Shown: positions 9,963 through 19,080 of the stretch, piece after piece
Layout of the letters: each line of letters begins with the position of its first letter
Numbering within the stretch: position 1 is the stretch's first letter
From: an uncultured Gammaproteobacteria bacterium
GTDB taxonomy: Bacteria; Patescibacteriota; Patescibacteriia; Patescibacteriales; Patescibacteriaceae
Direction of reading: 5' to 3'
Assembly (NCBI GenBank): GCA_964599395.1
Contig: CAZRDY010000002.1
Coordinates: 189,990-253,989, forward strand
DNA: 64,000 nucleotides
The notes under the pieces: generated by a model
Told to the model about the DNA's origin: nothing
The model's database searches: none
What the model saw: the letters and a program-made list of their open reading frames with translations, nothing else
Position numbers and translations under genes: made by a program

Positions 9963-11000
9963 TTAAACACCGTATGAACCTATTCGGTTAATACCTTTAA
10001 TACCTTTATTGGCGCGTAAGTCTGCAATAGTTTTTTCAAGCCCTGATTCAAGGCTAACCAAGGGCATCCAACCAAGTTGATCGCGAGCCTTGCTTATATC
10101 AGGTAATTTGAGCGGAGTCATAAACAACATCGGTTCGACATACACAACTTTTGATTTTGAATCAAGCATGGAGATTATTTTATTCGCCATATCCGTAACG
10201 CTTACATCTTGATCTGACCCGACATTAATCGGTCCAAACAAATCGGATTGCATAAATTTAAAAATTGCATCAAGACAATCGCTTATATAACAAAATGAAG
10301 AAGAGAAATTTCCATCTCCGTATATTACCAAATCCTTATTATCGAGTGCGTTGCTAATAAAGTCCGGTAGCATATGACCTTGATCTAATGGCATGCGCGG
10401 ACCATAAGCACGAAAAAGACGAACAATTTTTGCGTCAATCTTATAAACATCTTTGTATGTTTTAACCATGCTCTCCGCGAAACGTTTGCCCTCATCATAA
10501 GAACAACGATCAGACAGCATATCGACAGTACCAACAGTTTCTTCGTTAACCAAACGATTACTTGAATCACGAGAACCATATACGACAGATGAAGAGAATT
10601 GCATGAATTTTGCTTCGTACTTAACTGCAAGGTCCAACGCGTTCTTCACGGCATACGAGTTAGCAAGCAAATTAGCGATTCTATTTTTTTCAAAATGGAT
10701 TGGTGCGGTTGGACAAGCTAAGTTATAAATTTCCTGCAATCCTTGAAACTCAATTTTAAATCCTTGCAATTCGGCAAATGACTCTAAATCAATAGCTTCG
10801 CTCATGTCGTGCTTGATAAAATGAAAATCCGGATGCGCCAAAAGACGGTCAATGTTATTTTCATCGCCTGAGGAGAAATTATCGATACATATTACTTTGG
10901 AGTTTTGGATTAGCTCCTCGCACATGTGTGATCCCAGAAAACCCGCTCCTCCGATCACCAATACATTTTTTTTATCAAAAATTGCTCGTTTCATAGTCAC
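9963..11000 (-). CDS. NAD-dependent SDR, UDP-glucuronate decarboxylase (UXS/ArnA-C-terminal-like)
   Basis: VLVIGGAGFLGSHMCEELI (Rossmann GxxGxxG), ICIDNFSSG, YDEGKR (YxxxK). ATG at 10994 is an alternative to the GTG at 11000. Confidence 0.75.
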   Translation of the reverse strand: MTMKRAIFDKKNVLVIGGAGFLGSHMCEELIQNSKVICIDNFSSGDENNIDRLLAHPDFHFIKHDMSEAIDLESFAELQGFKIEFQGLQEIYNLACPTAPIHFEKNRIANLLANSYAVKNALDLAVKYEAKFMQFSSSVVYGSRDSSNRLVNEETVGTVDMLSDRCSYDEGKRFAESMVKTYKDVYKIDAKIVRLFRAYGPRMPLDQGHMLPDFISNALDNKDLVIYGDGNFSSSFCYISDCLDAIFKFMQSDLFGPINVGSDQDVSVTDMANKIISMLDSKSKVVYVEPMLFMTPLKLPDISKARDQLGWMPLVSLESGLEKTIADLRANKGIKGINRIGSYGV

Positions 11001-11005
11001 GTAAA

Positions 11006-13234
11006 TTATTTAATAAGAAATACCGCGCCGCGAACGCCACCGATATTAAGCGACTCGTAGGCATAGAAAGAACTTAAAATTGAACCGCTACGGTCAAAAA
11101 TTCTAACATGCGGGCCTGCCCCAACTCCTGGCATACTAATGATATCGGTAAATCCGTCTCGATTCAAATCTGAGGCAATAATTCGCGTATTTCCTCTAAA
11201 ATTATCATTGTATGGCTGGAACCTAAAACGCTGGTTACCTCGGAAATCATACACCGCTATATACGAAACTCCAGAACGCGGACTAAGTATTATTTCCGAG
11301 AAGCGTTGACGGGGATTGCCGTCCATATCAGCAAGAGCCAGATTTAGACCTCCTAAATAGTTTTTTGGAGCTGCGATAAAACTACTTAAAAGTTTTCCAG
11401 TGTTAGAAAATATTTTAACTTGCGGAGCAAAATCTTTTGAAGGAGTCACTGCAATTTCTTGCCCTCCGCCTTCGATAATATCAGCCACGGCAATTTGTAC
11501 GCCGGATTTAAAACTTTTTGGAAAAGCGCTAAACGAGCGCAGTAATTTTCCATTGGATTTATATATTTTAATAATTGACTCCATACCAGACGCCGGTGTA
11601 ACGATAATCTCATCTTTTCCATCAGCGTCAATATCAGCCCCCGCTACTGTTGCTCCACCTCTAAAACTTGCGGGCAATGCCAAAAAATGACCAAGCATCG
11701 CTCCTTTGTCATTAAAGATTCGAATATCAGCTTCACGACCCGATGCAGGGGCGGTTATGATTTCTTCCGTACCGTCACCGTTTACATCAGCCCGAGTTAC
11801 ATTCACGCCGCCATTAAATTCTATAGGATAAGCAAGGAAAGTTTTTTCGACATATCCGTTAAGATCTGAAATTGTTACCCAGGGTTCAGTGTTCGAATCA
11901 CTGACAAAAGCAAAACGGGCACGACGAGTTTTAAGCTGCAACGCAGCTTTTAAAACGGCTTGTGCGACATTCAAACGTCCGCTGCCCAATTGATTCACGT
12001 AATCAGGATTAAGCGCGTTAATATTGTCGGAACTCGATAAAACAATATGGAGAGCTTGTTCCGGTGATAAGCTCGGATTAGTTCCTTGGACCAGGGCAAT
12101 CGCTCCGCTCACAAGTGGCACAGCCATTGAAGTTCCTGACCAATATCCGTCATAATACTGATTAAAAAATTTTCCGGCAGACGATTTGTCGGGTGCAAAA
12201 ACACTTGTACTATAAAAACCAATTCCCGGCGCCGCGATATCAATACACTTATTGCCGTAGCCCGAAAAAGCGGTTTTTTGATCAAGTCCATCTGTGGCAG
12301 CAACACCAACCACTAATTTCTTACCAGTCGCATCTCGGTAACAGGCCGGATAAATCGGGCGTCGATTTAAATCAATACCACTAGAACTTTGCTGTTCATT
12401 GCCTGCCGGTGCAACAACAATAACTCCGGCGGCGCGGGCTCTGATTATCGATTGCTCCAGCGACTTACTCAAACCAAAGGTGGTAAAACTTAAATTTATT
12501 ATATTCGCACCCTTAGCTGTTGCATAATCAACAGCCTTAACCACAGAAGCAATGTCGCCGTTGCCTTTGTCATCAAGTGCCTTAAGAACCATAATATTAC
12601 TCTTCCAGGTAACTCCGCTAATACCTTGACCGTTATTTCCGGTTGCCGCAGCAATGCCAGCAATGATTGTGCCATGCAGTACGCCCGATTCAGTGAAACC
12701 TGTTTTGAATTTGGGTGAGGGATCAGACGTGTGATTAACAAAATCCCAACCGTTAATATCGTCTATCAAACCATTTTTATCGTCGTCCTTTTTATTAGCT
12801 GCAATTTCATTACGATTTGTCCACAAAACAGGAGCAAGATCAGGATGAGTAATCTGTACACCGGAATCAACAATCGCTATGGTAATTGTAGGGCTCGAAT
12901 TATTAATGTCCCATGCTTCGGAAGCGTTAATTCGCTTTAGATACCATTGGTTGGTATACGATTTGTCTGATGGAATAACCGAAGCACTCACAACATAATT
13001 TAATTCGGCATATTCAACAGTCTGCAATTTTTCATATTGCTTAATCGCGTTTAAAGGACTTATGTTTTTCTTTAATTTAATCAATCGAGACCCTAATTCA
13101 TTTTTGTACTTTACAATAATCGAATCATTTCTGAATTCAGGAATAATTTCTTTTTCAAGCGCAAAAACAGGCAGCGTCATTGCAGACGAGCTAAAAAAAA
13201 CAAGAACCAATAATATATAACAAAATTTTTTCAT
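11006..13234 (-). CDS. Secreted subtilisin-like S8 serine protease with C-terminal FG-GAP repeat module
   Basis: Signal peptide MKKFCYILLVLVFFSSSAMT. Catalytic motifs AIVDSGV (D), HGTIIAG (H), APAGNE (N), SGTSMAVP (S). C-terminal ~270 aa carry DVNGDGTEEII/DIDADGKDEII-type repeats. Confidence 0.85.
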   Translation of the reverse strand: MKKFCYILLVLVFFSSSAMTLPVFALEKEIIPEFRNDSIIVKYKNELGSRLIKLKKNISPLNAIKQYEKLQTVEYAELNYVVSASVIPSDKSYTNQWYLKRINASEAWDINNSSPTITIAIVDSGVQITHPDLAPVLWTNRNEIAANKKDDDKNGLIDDINGWDFVNHTSDPSPKFKTGFTESGVLHGTIIAGIAAATGNNGQGISGVTWKSNIMVLKALDDKGNGDIASVVKAVDYATAKGANIINLSFTTFGLSKSLEQSIIRARAAGVIVVAPAGNEQQSSSGIDLNRRPIYPACYRDATGKKLVVGVAATDGLDQKTAFSGYGNKCIDIAAPGIGFYSTSVFAPDKSSAGKFFNQYYDGYWSGTSMAVPLVSGAIALVQGTNPSLSPEQALHIVLSSSDNINALNPDYVNQLGSGRLNVAQAVLKAALQLKTRRARFAFVSDSNTEPWVTISDLNGYVEKTFLAYPIEFNGGVNVTRADVNGDGTEEIITAPASGREADIRIFNDKGAMLGHFLALPASFRGGATVAGADIDADGKDEIIVTPASGMESIIKIYKSNGKLLRSFSAFPKSFKSGVQIAVADIIEGGGQEIAVTPSKDFAPQVKIFSNTGKLLSSFIAAPKNYLGGLNLALADMDGNPRQRFSEIILSPRSGVSYIAVYDFRGNQRFRFQPYNDNFRGNTRIIASDLNRDGFTDIISMPGVGAGPHVRIFDRSGSILSSFYAYESLNIGGVRGAVFLIK
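11009..11827 (-). repeat. Coding FG-GAP/VCBS-type repeats (about 5 units of ~58 aa)
   Basis: Recurring F-x-A-[YF]-x3-F-[RK]-G-G-[VA]-x-[VL]-A-x-[AG]-D-x-[DN]-x-D-G-x2-E-I pattern. Confidence 0.75.
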
Positions 13235-14500
13235 CTATTTTACATTTTCAAACAGGTCCAAGATCTGTCGTGCCCAGATAGCTGAATTAAATTGCTTAAC
13301 TCGTTCCTGTCCGTTTGCTACTAATGATGAGCGCAGCGCTTTGTCGCTTAACAACTCATATATTTTTGCAGCCATATCTTTCGGGTCCGTTGGGTCAAAG
13401 AGTAGAGCGGCGTCCCCCGCGATTTCCGGAATTGAAGCGGCATTTGATGCGACGATCGGTGTTTCGCAGGCCATTGCTTGCAACAAAGGAATTCCAAAAC
13501 CTTCATAACTTGAAGGAAAAACAAACGCATCTGCCTTGCTATAGATATACGGAAGATCATTCTCTGCTACCCAACCGGTTGTCTTAATCTCATTTTCCAA
13601 TCTAAAACCATGAATCGAATATTTAATATCATCAAAACCAAAACTGGCGTCGCCAATCAAATATAGTTTATGTGGTAACTCAGGGTGTTGAGTTTTTAAA
13701 AAGTAAAAAGCCTCAACCAAAGTTGCAATATTCTTCTTTTTTTCAAGTCGACCCACGTAAAATATATATGGCTCTTGCAATCCGTACTTAACAAGTACCT
13801 CGGTCGAAATAGGATCTTTTGCTTTGGCGCAATAGAGCTTATCATTGTAGCTGTTATGTATAACGCTAATGTTCTTGCCGTCGTTACTATATATTTCCAT
13901 CAATTCTCTTTTAGTAAAAGCCGATATGGCGATAATCGCCCGGGCCTTACGTAAAGCAAAAGAAGTTGACCAATCAAGGTAATCAAAGCTATTGGCTCCA
14001 TACTTGCCCGCACTTATTATTCTAACCAAAGCATTAATTACTCCTTGACGACGTTGTTTTTCAGCACCAATCTGAGTACGTTCATACAATGCGCCCTCAC
14101 GTCTAAAACCAATGTCATGAATAGTAACGACAGATTTTCGCGGATGAAAGATAGGAAGTGCGTGAGCCGGTACAAAAAGTAGGTCAGGAGCATTAAAAAG
14201 CATTTCCAAAGAAAGTCGTCCCTGAGACCAAAAAAACTTCCAGGGCCATTTTAAAACTTTTGCTTTAAAATTATTATGCGGACTCTTTAAAATCTGAAAC
14301 CCATCTTTATACTTGACTGATGTATTTTCTTCGCTGTCGCGCAAATCCACCAATCCTCCGCTTAAAGGAGTATCGGTATACAAAATATATTCGTTGTGAT
14401 CATCCAATTTCGCCAAAGCTCTGATTGCATAATACGAATACCATTCGGTTCCGCTTTTATGAGCTCGGTTGGCGCGACTGGCGTCTATGCCGATAATCAT
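13235..14500 (-). CDS. GT4-family glycosyltransferase
   Basis: MIIGIDASRANR... N-terminus and FPSSYEGFGIPLLQAMACETPIVASNAASIPE. Stop abuts the S8 protease ATG. Confidence 0.85.
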   Translation of the reverse strand: MIIGIDASRANRAHKSGTEWYSYYAIRALAKLDDHNEYILYTDTPLSGGLVDLRDSEENTSVKYKDGFQILKSPHNNFKAKVLKWPWKFFWSQGRLSLEMLFNAPDLLFVPAHALPIFHPRKSVVTIHDIGFRREGALYERTQIGAEKQRRQGVINALVRIISAGKYGANSFDYLDWSTSFALRKARAIIAISAFTKRELMEIYSNDGKNISVIHNSYNDKLYCAKAKDPISTEVLVKYGLQEPYIFYVGRLEKKKNIATLVEAFYFLKTQHPELPHKLYLIGDASFGFDDIKYSIHGFRLENEIKTTGWVAENDLPYIYSKADAFVFPSSYEGFGIPLLQAMACETPIVASNAASIPEIAGDAALLFDPTDPKDMAAKIYELLSDKALRSSLVANGQERVKQFNSAIWARQILDLFENVK

Positions 14501-14505
14501 GAAAT

Positions 14506-15513
14506 TTACTTAGTTGCGAAGATACTTCTCTTATACGAATCAAGATTTTCCAAAGCAATACCCGTTCCCTTTGCCACACATAAAAGTGCATCGTCAGCCA
14601 CGTACGCAGGAACATCAGTCGTTCTATATAAGAGTTGATCAAGGTTGCGCAACAGAGAAGATCCACCTGACAAAACCATTCCTTTATCCATAATGTCAGA
14701 AGATAATTCCGGGGGCGTATCTCGTAAAACATTTTTAGCAGCCGCAATAATTGCTTCAAGTTCGTTTTGAATTGCTTCGGTAACATCGTCCGATGAGACA
14801 ATAATATTTCTAGGTAATCCGGTAATAATATCTCGACCGCGAATTTCCATAGTTAGTTTATCTTCAAGATACAACGCTGAACCAATGCCGATTTTAATTT
14901 CTTCAGCGGTTCGCTCACCAATTACTAAATTATATTTTCGTCGAATGTAATCAATAATTGATGAATCAAATTTTGTACCTCCAACTCGAACTGATGTTGA
15001 AGTAACAACTCCGCCCAATGAGATAACTGCCATTTCCGCAGTACCTCCTCCTATATCGACAATCATATGTCCTGATGGTGAACCAATGGGAATATCAGCA
15101 CCAATGGCCGCGGCAATCGGTTCTTTAATAATGTAGGCGGCTTTAGCACCGGCGGCAATCGTCGCGTCAATAACCGCGCGTCGTTCAGTTGACGTAATTC
15201 CTGCTGGAACCGCAACCATAACTTCCGGACGAAATAAACGAACTCCGGCTAAAGCTTTATTGATAAAATAACGAAGCATCGCTTCAGTAGTATGATAGTC
15301 AGCAATAACTCCGTCCTTCAAAGGTTTGATCGCAACAATATTACCCGGCGTTCTGCCGAGCATGTCTTTGGCCTCATTTCCTACGGCCAGAATCTTTTTG
15401 TCGCTCATTGAGATAGCAACGACCGACGGCTCATTAATAACAATCCCGCGACGCGGGACATGTACGAGAGTATAGGTCGTTCCTAGGTCAATACCTATTC
15501 GTTTGATAAACAT
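14506..15513 (-). CDS. mreB: Rod-shape/actin-like protein MreB
   Basis: MFIKRIGIDLGTTYTLV (phosphate-1), DIGGGTAEMAV, GMVLSGGSSLLRNLD. The ATG at 15513 lies 1 nt after the upstream TAG; the ORF-track TTG at 15528 is probably too long. Confidence 0.9.
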   Translation of the reverse strand: MFIKRIGIDLGTTYTLVHVPRRGIVINEPSVVAISMSDKKILAVGNEAKDMLGRTPGNIVAIKPLKDGVIADYHTTEAMLRYFINKALAGVRLFRPEVMVAVPAGITSTERRAVIDATIAAGAKAAYIIKEPIAAAIGADIPIGSPSGHMIVDIGGGTAEMAVISLGGVVTSTSVRVGGTKFDSSIIDYIRRKYNLVIGERTAEEIKIGIGSALYLEDKLTMEIRGRDIITGLPRNIIVSSDDVTEAIQNELEAIIAAAKNVLRDTPPELSSDIMDKGMVLSGGSSLLRNLDQLLYRTTDVPAYVADDALLCVAKGTGIALENLDSYKRSIFATK

Positions 15514-15514
15514 A

Positions 15515-17425
15515 CTAAAAATTAACAAAATAGCTCCGATCTGTAAGCAAATCCCCGTCTGCCTTTAAACTACGGTGATTAGGAGCTTCTGAATAAAAAT
15601 TCGCTGGACTATAGGATTTTATCTCATTTATGAAGTTTAGGTCAACAGACAAGCGGCTAACTTGTTTGCCCGGTTGTTTTTGAATCGTAAGGCGATAATT
15701 ACTGTATTTTTTAAGATTCTGAACTATTGAATTGGGCAATTCATATTCAAAGGTCATTGTGCCGATTTGACTTGGTTCTACTGAGATAAAAGCTCCAAAC
15801 CAAGTCTTGCCAAACTCTTCTCCGATATCAACCTTGCCCTGGCTAAAACCCTCGGCTTTCAAAAGACGACTTCCGCCGGGAACATACACTCGAGTGTAAC
15901 TTCTATAGCGACTTGTTTTCCAATCAAATTGTCCGTTGTTGGAATAGCGCAATGTTAAAACCGCTTTAAATCCGTTTTCAGTTTCTTTTAGCTGATACTG
16001 AATTTGACGATCCATCACAGCATCAGTTTTTAGCGCCGCCAAGTTAGCATCAACCACCATAAGATAATCGCCCCAATCTTGTCTGATTTCCCCACCCCAA
16101 CCATTTTCAAGAATCAGTTTTTGCAGATTTTGGTCATTGGCATAAAGCAAAATATTTTTTCGCGCAACATTATTCGAAACCAATCTAATCATTTCCGGCC
16201 ATTTTCCTAATGGCGTATCTAATAATTTTTGTTTAATAAGTTTCGCAATATCACCGATCACTTCTTTACGTTGCCACTCCGGCGTTCCCAACTGAATATA
16301 TGATCGTTCAACTTTATACTGCAAAAGATCTACAAAATTTTCCGGTGTGTAGGTATCTTTTCCAATCGTCACTGGTCCCGTAAATTTCATCAAATCCGTA
16401 ATTAGTTCCGGAGTAATAGCTATCACTCCGTCAAAGTCAGAAATTGGATCAGTTTTAACTTGCAAGGCATTTTCTTTTTTGTAAAAATCTGAAACGGTTT
16501 GCGCCGCTGTCGGGAAGTCCGGTGACCAGTTTGCATCTCTCATATACCATTTTGAAACTCCGAGATATTGTTTCAAAGGTTCAGGCGGCGTTACTGAAAA
16601 TTTATCTTGAATCGGAATGTCAAGATGATAAATGTCATGTGTTTCAAAACGTTCAAAATCTCCGTCTTTAGTTTGAATGATTCCGTAAGTTCCGATAAAT
16701 CCTCCCGTGGGACGAAGTTCATCGCTGTTTTGCAAAAGAAGTAAAAAGCGAGCAGTTTCAGGATAACCAAGTAACGGTGGCAAAAGCTGGGTTAAAGGAG
16801 AGGCGTCCTGAATTGTTTCCTGTCCCTCACTAATCTTTTCTTTTAATTCCTCCAAACGAACACTCAAGGGACCGAACCAACTAAAAGAGTTGATACTTTT
16901 TAAATTGTCCAAGCTTTCGTTTAAGTTGGAATCAACAGAGTTTAATGTTGAACTTGAATTATAAATTGCTGCTAAAATTCGACGACGTTCTTCGGCAGGC
17001 AACTGAGAAAAAGTCACATTACTATTGGCCTTGATTACATCACCTAAATCAAAAGCATAGGCGGTCGCATTCTCCATAGCTTCAGCTAAGGATTGTCCGG
17101 CTAATACTAAATGTTCTGCGTCATTTTTATAATTGCTTGCTATTTTAAGATAGCCAACCGGACCTAATTTAATCGCTTTCGTTTCATTCGAAGCAAACTT
17201 AAAATGTCCGACTGCGGTGACGGCTGATTCATGAGCAGATTTGAAATCGGAACTTTGTGCTAAAGTTAAAGACTTTTCCAAATTACTTTTGCCGGCCTGG
17301 ACATTAGAATAGACAGAAGCGACATGCTTGATATTAAATCCAATCAAAATCAAAACAACGCCCAGAATAAGGAATCCGGCGATAAATAAGCTCCACAGGC
17401 ACTTTATAATAATTTTCATGGCCAT
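15515..17425 (-). CDS. DUF4012 domain membrane-anchored protein
   Basis: N-terminal TM segment. LLLLQNSDELRPTGGFIGTYGII is the signature segment I associate with DUF4012. ATG at 17425 (MAMKIII) is preferred over the TTG at 17434. Confidence 0.7.
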   Translation of the reverse strand: MAMKIIIKCLWSLFIAGFLILGVVLILIGFNIKHVASVYSNVQAGKSNLEKSLTLAQSSDFKSAHESAVTAVGHFKFASNETKAIKLGPVGYLKIASNYKNDAEHLVLAGQSLAEAMENATAYAFDLGDVIKANSNVTFSQLPAEERRRILAAIYNSSSTLNSVDSNLNESLDNLKSINSFSWFGPLSVRLEELKEKISEGQETIQDASPLTQLLPPLLGYPETARFLLLLQNSDELRPTGGFIGTYGIIQTKDGDFERFETHDIYHLDIPIQDKFSVTPPEPLKQYLGVSKWYMRDANWSPDFPTAAQTVSDFYKKENALQVKTDPISDFDGVIAITPELITDLMKFTGPVTIGKDTYTPENFVDLLQYKVERSYIQLGTPEWQRKEVIGDIAKLIKQKLLDTPLGKWPEMIRLVSNNVARKNILLYANDQNLQKLILENGWGGEIRQDWGDYLMVVDANLAALKTDAVMDRQIQYQLKETENGFKAVLTLRYSNNGQFDWKTSRYRSYTRVYVPGGSRLLKAEGFSQGKVDIGEEFGKTWFGAFISVEPSQIGTMTFEYELPNSIVQNLKKYSNYRLTIQKQPGKQVSRLSVDLNFINEIKSYSPANFYSEAPNHRSLKADGDLLTDRSYFVNF

Positions 17426-17427
17426 TG

Positions 17428-17457
17428 TTGACAATTTCTTTATTATTGTAGCATAAT
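17428..17457 (+). promoter_or_regulatory. Candidate promoter for the 92-aa plus-strand gene
   Basis: TTGACA (17428-17433), 18-nt spacer, CATAAT (17452-17457). GGAGGG SD at 17484-17489, TTG start at 17498. Confidence 0.4.
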
Positions 17458-17497
17458 TGAGGAAAATCTAAAAAAAATTTAATGGAGGGAAGGTTCC

Positions 17498-17776
17498 TTG
17501 AAAATAGATGAAATTTTTTATAAATCAATAGTAACGTTGCTATGGATTATAGCAGCTGAGCTATCAGCGTTTATTCTTGCATGTTGTATCTTGGCTTTAA
17601 GTAAGCTTATGGACTTTCCGCTAATTGTTGTCTTTAGCGTAAACATTAAAGCATTCATTATAAATTATTTTTTGGCTTATACTTTATTCGTATTAGGGAT
17701 AGCAATAGGTCTGGCTTTTATTACTCTTATTCTGTTTATAGTTTACACAGAAGGCAGAAGATTGCTAACTAATTAA
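17498..17776 (+). CDS. Small 3-TM membrane protein
   Basis: 92-aa ORF with a TTG start preceded by SD GGAGGGAAGG. Three hydrophobic helices. Confidence 0.5.
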   Translation: MKIDEIFYKSIVTLLWIIAAELSAFILACCILALSKLMDFPLIVVFSVNIKAFIINYFLAYTLFVLGIAIGLAFITLILFIVYTEGRRLLTN

Positions 17777-17786
17777 TTTCTAACTT

Positions 17787-17817
17787 AAAAGGGGCGAAAC
17801 AATCGCCTCTTTTTTTG
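17787..17817. terminator. Bidirectional intrinsic terminator between convergent genes
   Basis: AAAA-AGGGGCGA-aacaa-TCGCCTCT-TTTTTT (8-bp stem including one G-U pair). Confidence 0.6.
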
Positions 17818-17822
17818 TATAA

Positions 17823-19079
17823 TTATTCGCTGCGCAGCGCTTCAATCGGATCAAGTTTTGCTGCGGCGCGCGCCGGCGTGACACCAAAGATAATTCCGAA
17901 AAATGCGCTAAAAGACAAAGCAACAACAAACGCCTTAAGTGGCACGGCAAATGTCCACGAAAGACCCATGGAATTTGCTATTACACTGATAAGAAATGAA
18001 AATCCGGTTCCGAGCACACAACCTATAACACCGCCAACAACTGTTAAGAGTATTGATTCAATTAAAAATTGCCGCAAAATATTAGACGAACTTGCACCGA
18101 CGGCTTTTCGTAAACCGATTTCCATAGTTCTCTCAGTAACAGCAACATACATAACGTTCATAATTCCAACTCCCCCGACAACCAAAGAAATAATAACGAT
18201 TGCTAGAAGTAAAAATGTAATTGCACTAGTGACAGTATTTAAAATATCCATAGCTTCGGCCATTGATGTCACATTAAAATCTTCGCGTAGTGGATCAGTA
18301 ATTTCATGTCTGCGTCTTAATGTATCACTTACTTCTTCAACAGTAGCTTCCGGTGAACTCGGATCTTTCATTTTTGAAATAAAGTAGGAAATATGATCAA
18401 TGCCCATGACTTTTTTTTGCAAAGTCGTGACAGGCATATAGACGTAATCATCAAAATTAATAAACATTACGCTCCCTCGTTCTGCCATAACTCCAATAAC
18501 GGTAAACGCGTTTCTACGCAAACGAATTGTTTTACCAACCGCGTCAGAGTCGCCAAACAGTTTTTCTTTTATACCTGATCCGAGCACAACTACAGACGCG
18601 AGCGAGCGCTCTTCTGATTCAGTATAAAAACGTCCTTCTTTTAAAGTTGATTTATCAATATCTAAATAAGTGCTGCTCAAACCGTAAATAAATGCGTTAC
18701 GCAATTCATTACCGTAGGAGATTGCTTCTTGACTTAATACCGCGCCATAACTTGTTTGAATATTTGGTAAGCGATTTACGGCTTTCATATCATCAAGCGT
18801 CAAGGTTGTAATCTGCACGCCGCCGACCATTGCCGTGCTTGATTTGCTATCAGACGCATTTCCGGTTTGACTGTTAGGAACTTTGATTTCGGTATTAATT
18901 GTATCAGTACCGAAAGTTTCCAGTTGACCGAATAATAATCCTTTAATTCCCTCACCCGCAGAAAAAACAATGATAACGGTCATAATACCGATAATCAAAC
19001 CGAGCAAGGTTAAGCCCGTGCGCATTTTATTGGCGCGCATGAGCTTAAGAGAGTTAGTAATGGAATTAAAAATTGTCAT
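17823..19079 (-). CDS. ABC transporter permease, MacB/FtsX type (paralog 2)
   Basis: N-terminal TM, large extracytoplasmic domain, C-terminal FtsX 3-TM block ending [14 protein letters not shown] at 19079 (1 nt after the upstream stop) gives 418 aa, the same length as its paralog. Confidence 0.85.
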   Translation of the reverse strand: MTIFNSITNSLKLMRANKMRTGLTLLGLIIGIMTVIIVFSAGEGIKGLLFGQLETFGTDTINTEIKVPNSQTGNASDSKSSTAMVGGVQITTLTLDDMKAVNRLPNIQTSYGAVLSQEAISYGNELRNAFIYGLSSTYLDIDKSTLKEGRFYTESEERSLASVVVLGSGIKEKLFGDSDAVGKTIRLRRNAFTVIGVMAERGSVMFINFDDYVYMPVTTLQKKVMGIDHISYFISKMKDPSSPEATVEEVSDTLRRRHEITDPLREDFNVTSMAEAMDILNTVTSAITFLLLAIVIISLVVGGVGIMNVMYVAVTERTMEIGLRKAVGASSSNILRQFLIESILLTVVGGVIGCVLGTGFSFLISVIANSMGLSWTFAVPLKAFVVALSFSAFFGIIFGVTPARAAAKLDPIEALRSE

Positions 19080-19080
19080 A

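Noticed and set aside
10385-10630. Same-strand alternative-frame ORFs inside conserved genes (10385-10630 in UXS, 23659-23967 in murB, 12109-12309 and 12499-12741 in S8, 55515-55763 in GT4)
   Set aside because: They are embedded out of frame in genes with clear catalytic motifs. There is no evidence for overlapping coding.
17815-18387. 190-aa plus-strand ORF antisense to the MacB-type permease
   Set aside because: It has no motifs. It overlaps a confidently assigned FtsX-domain gene over its whole length.
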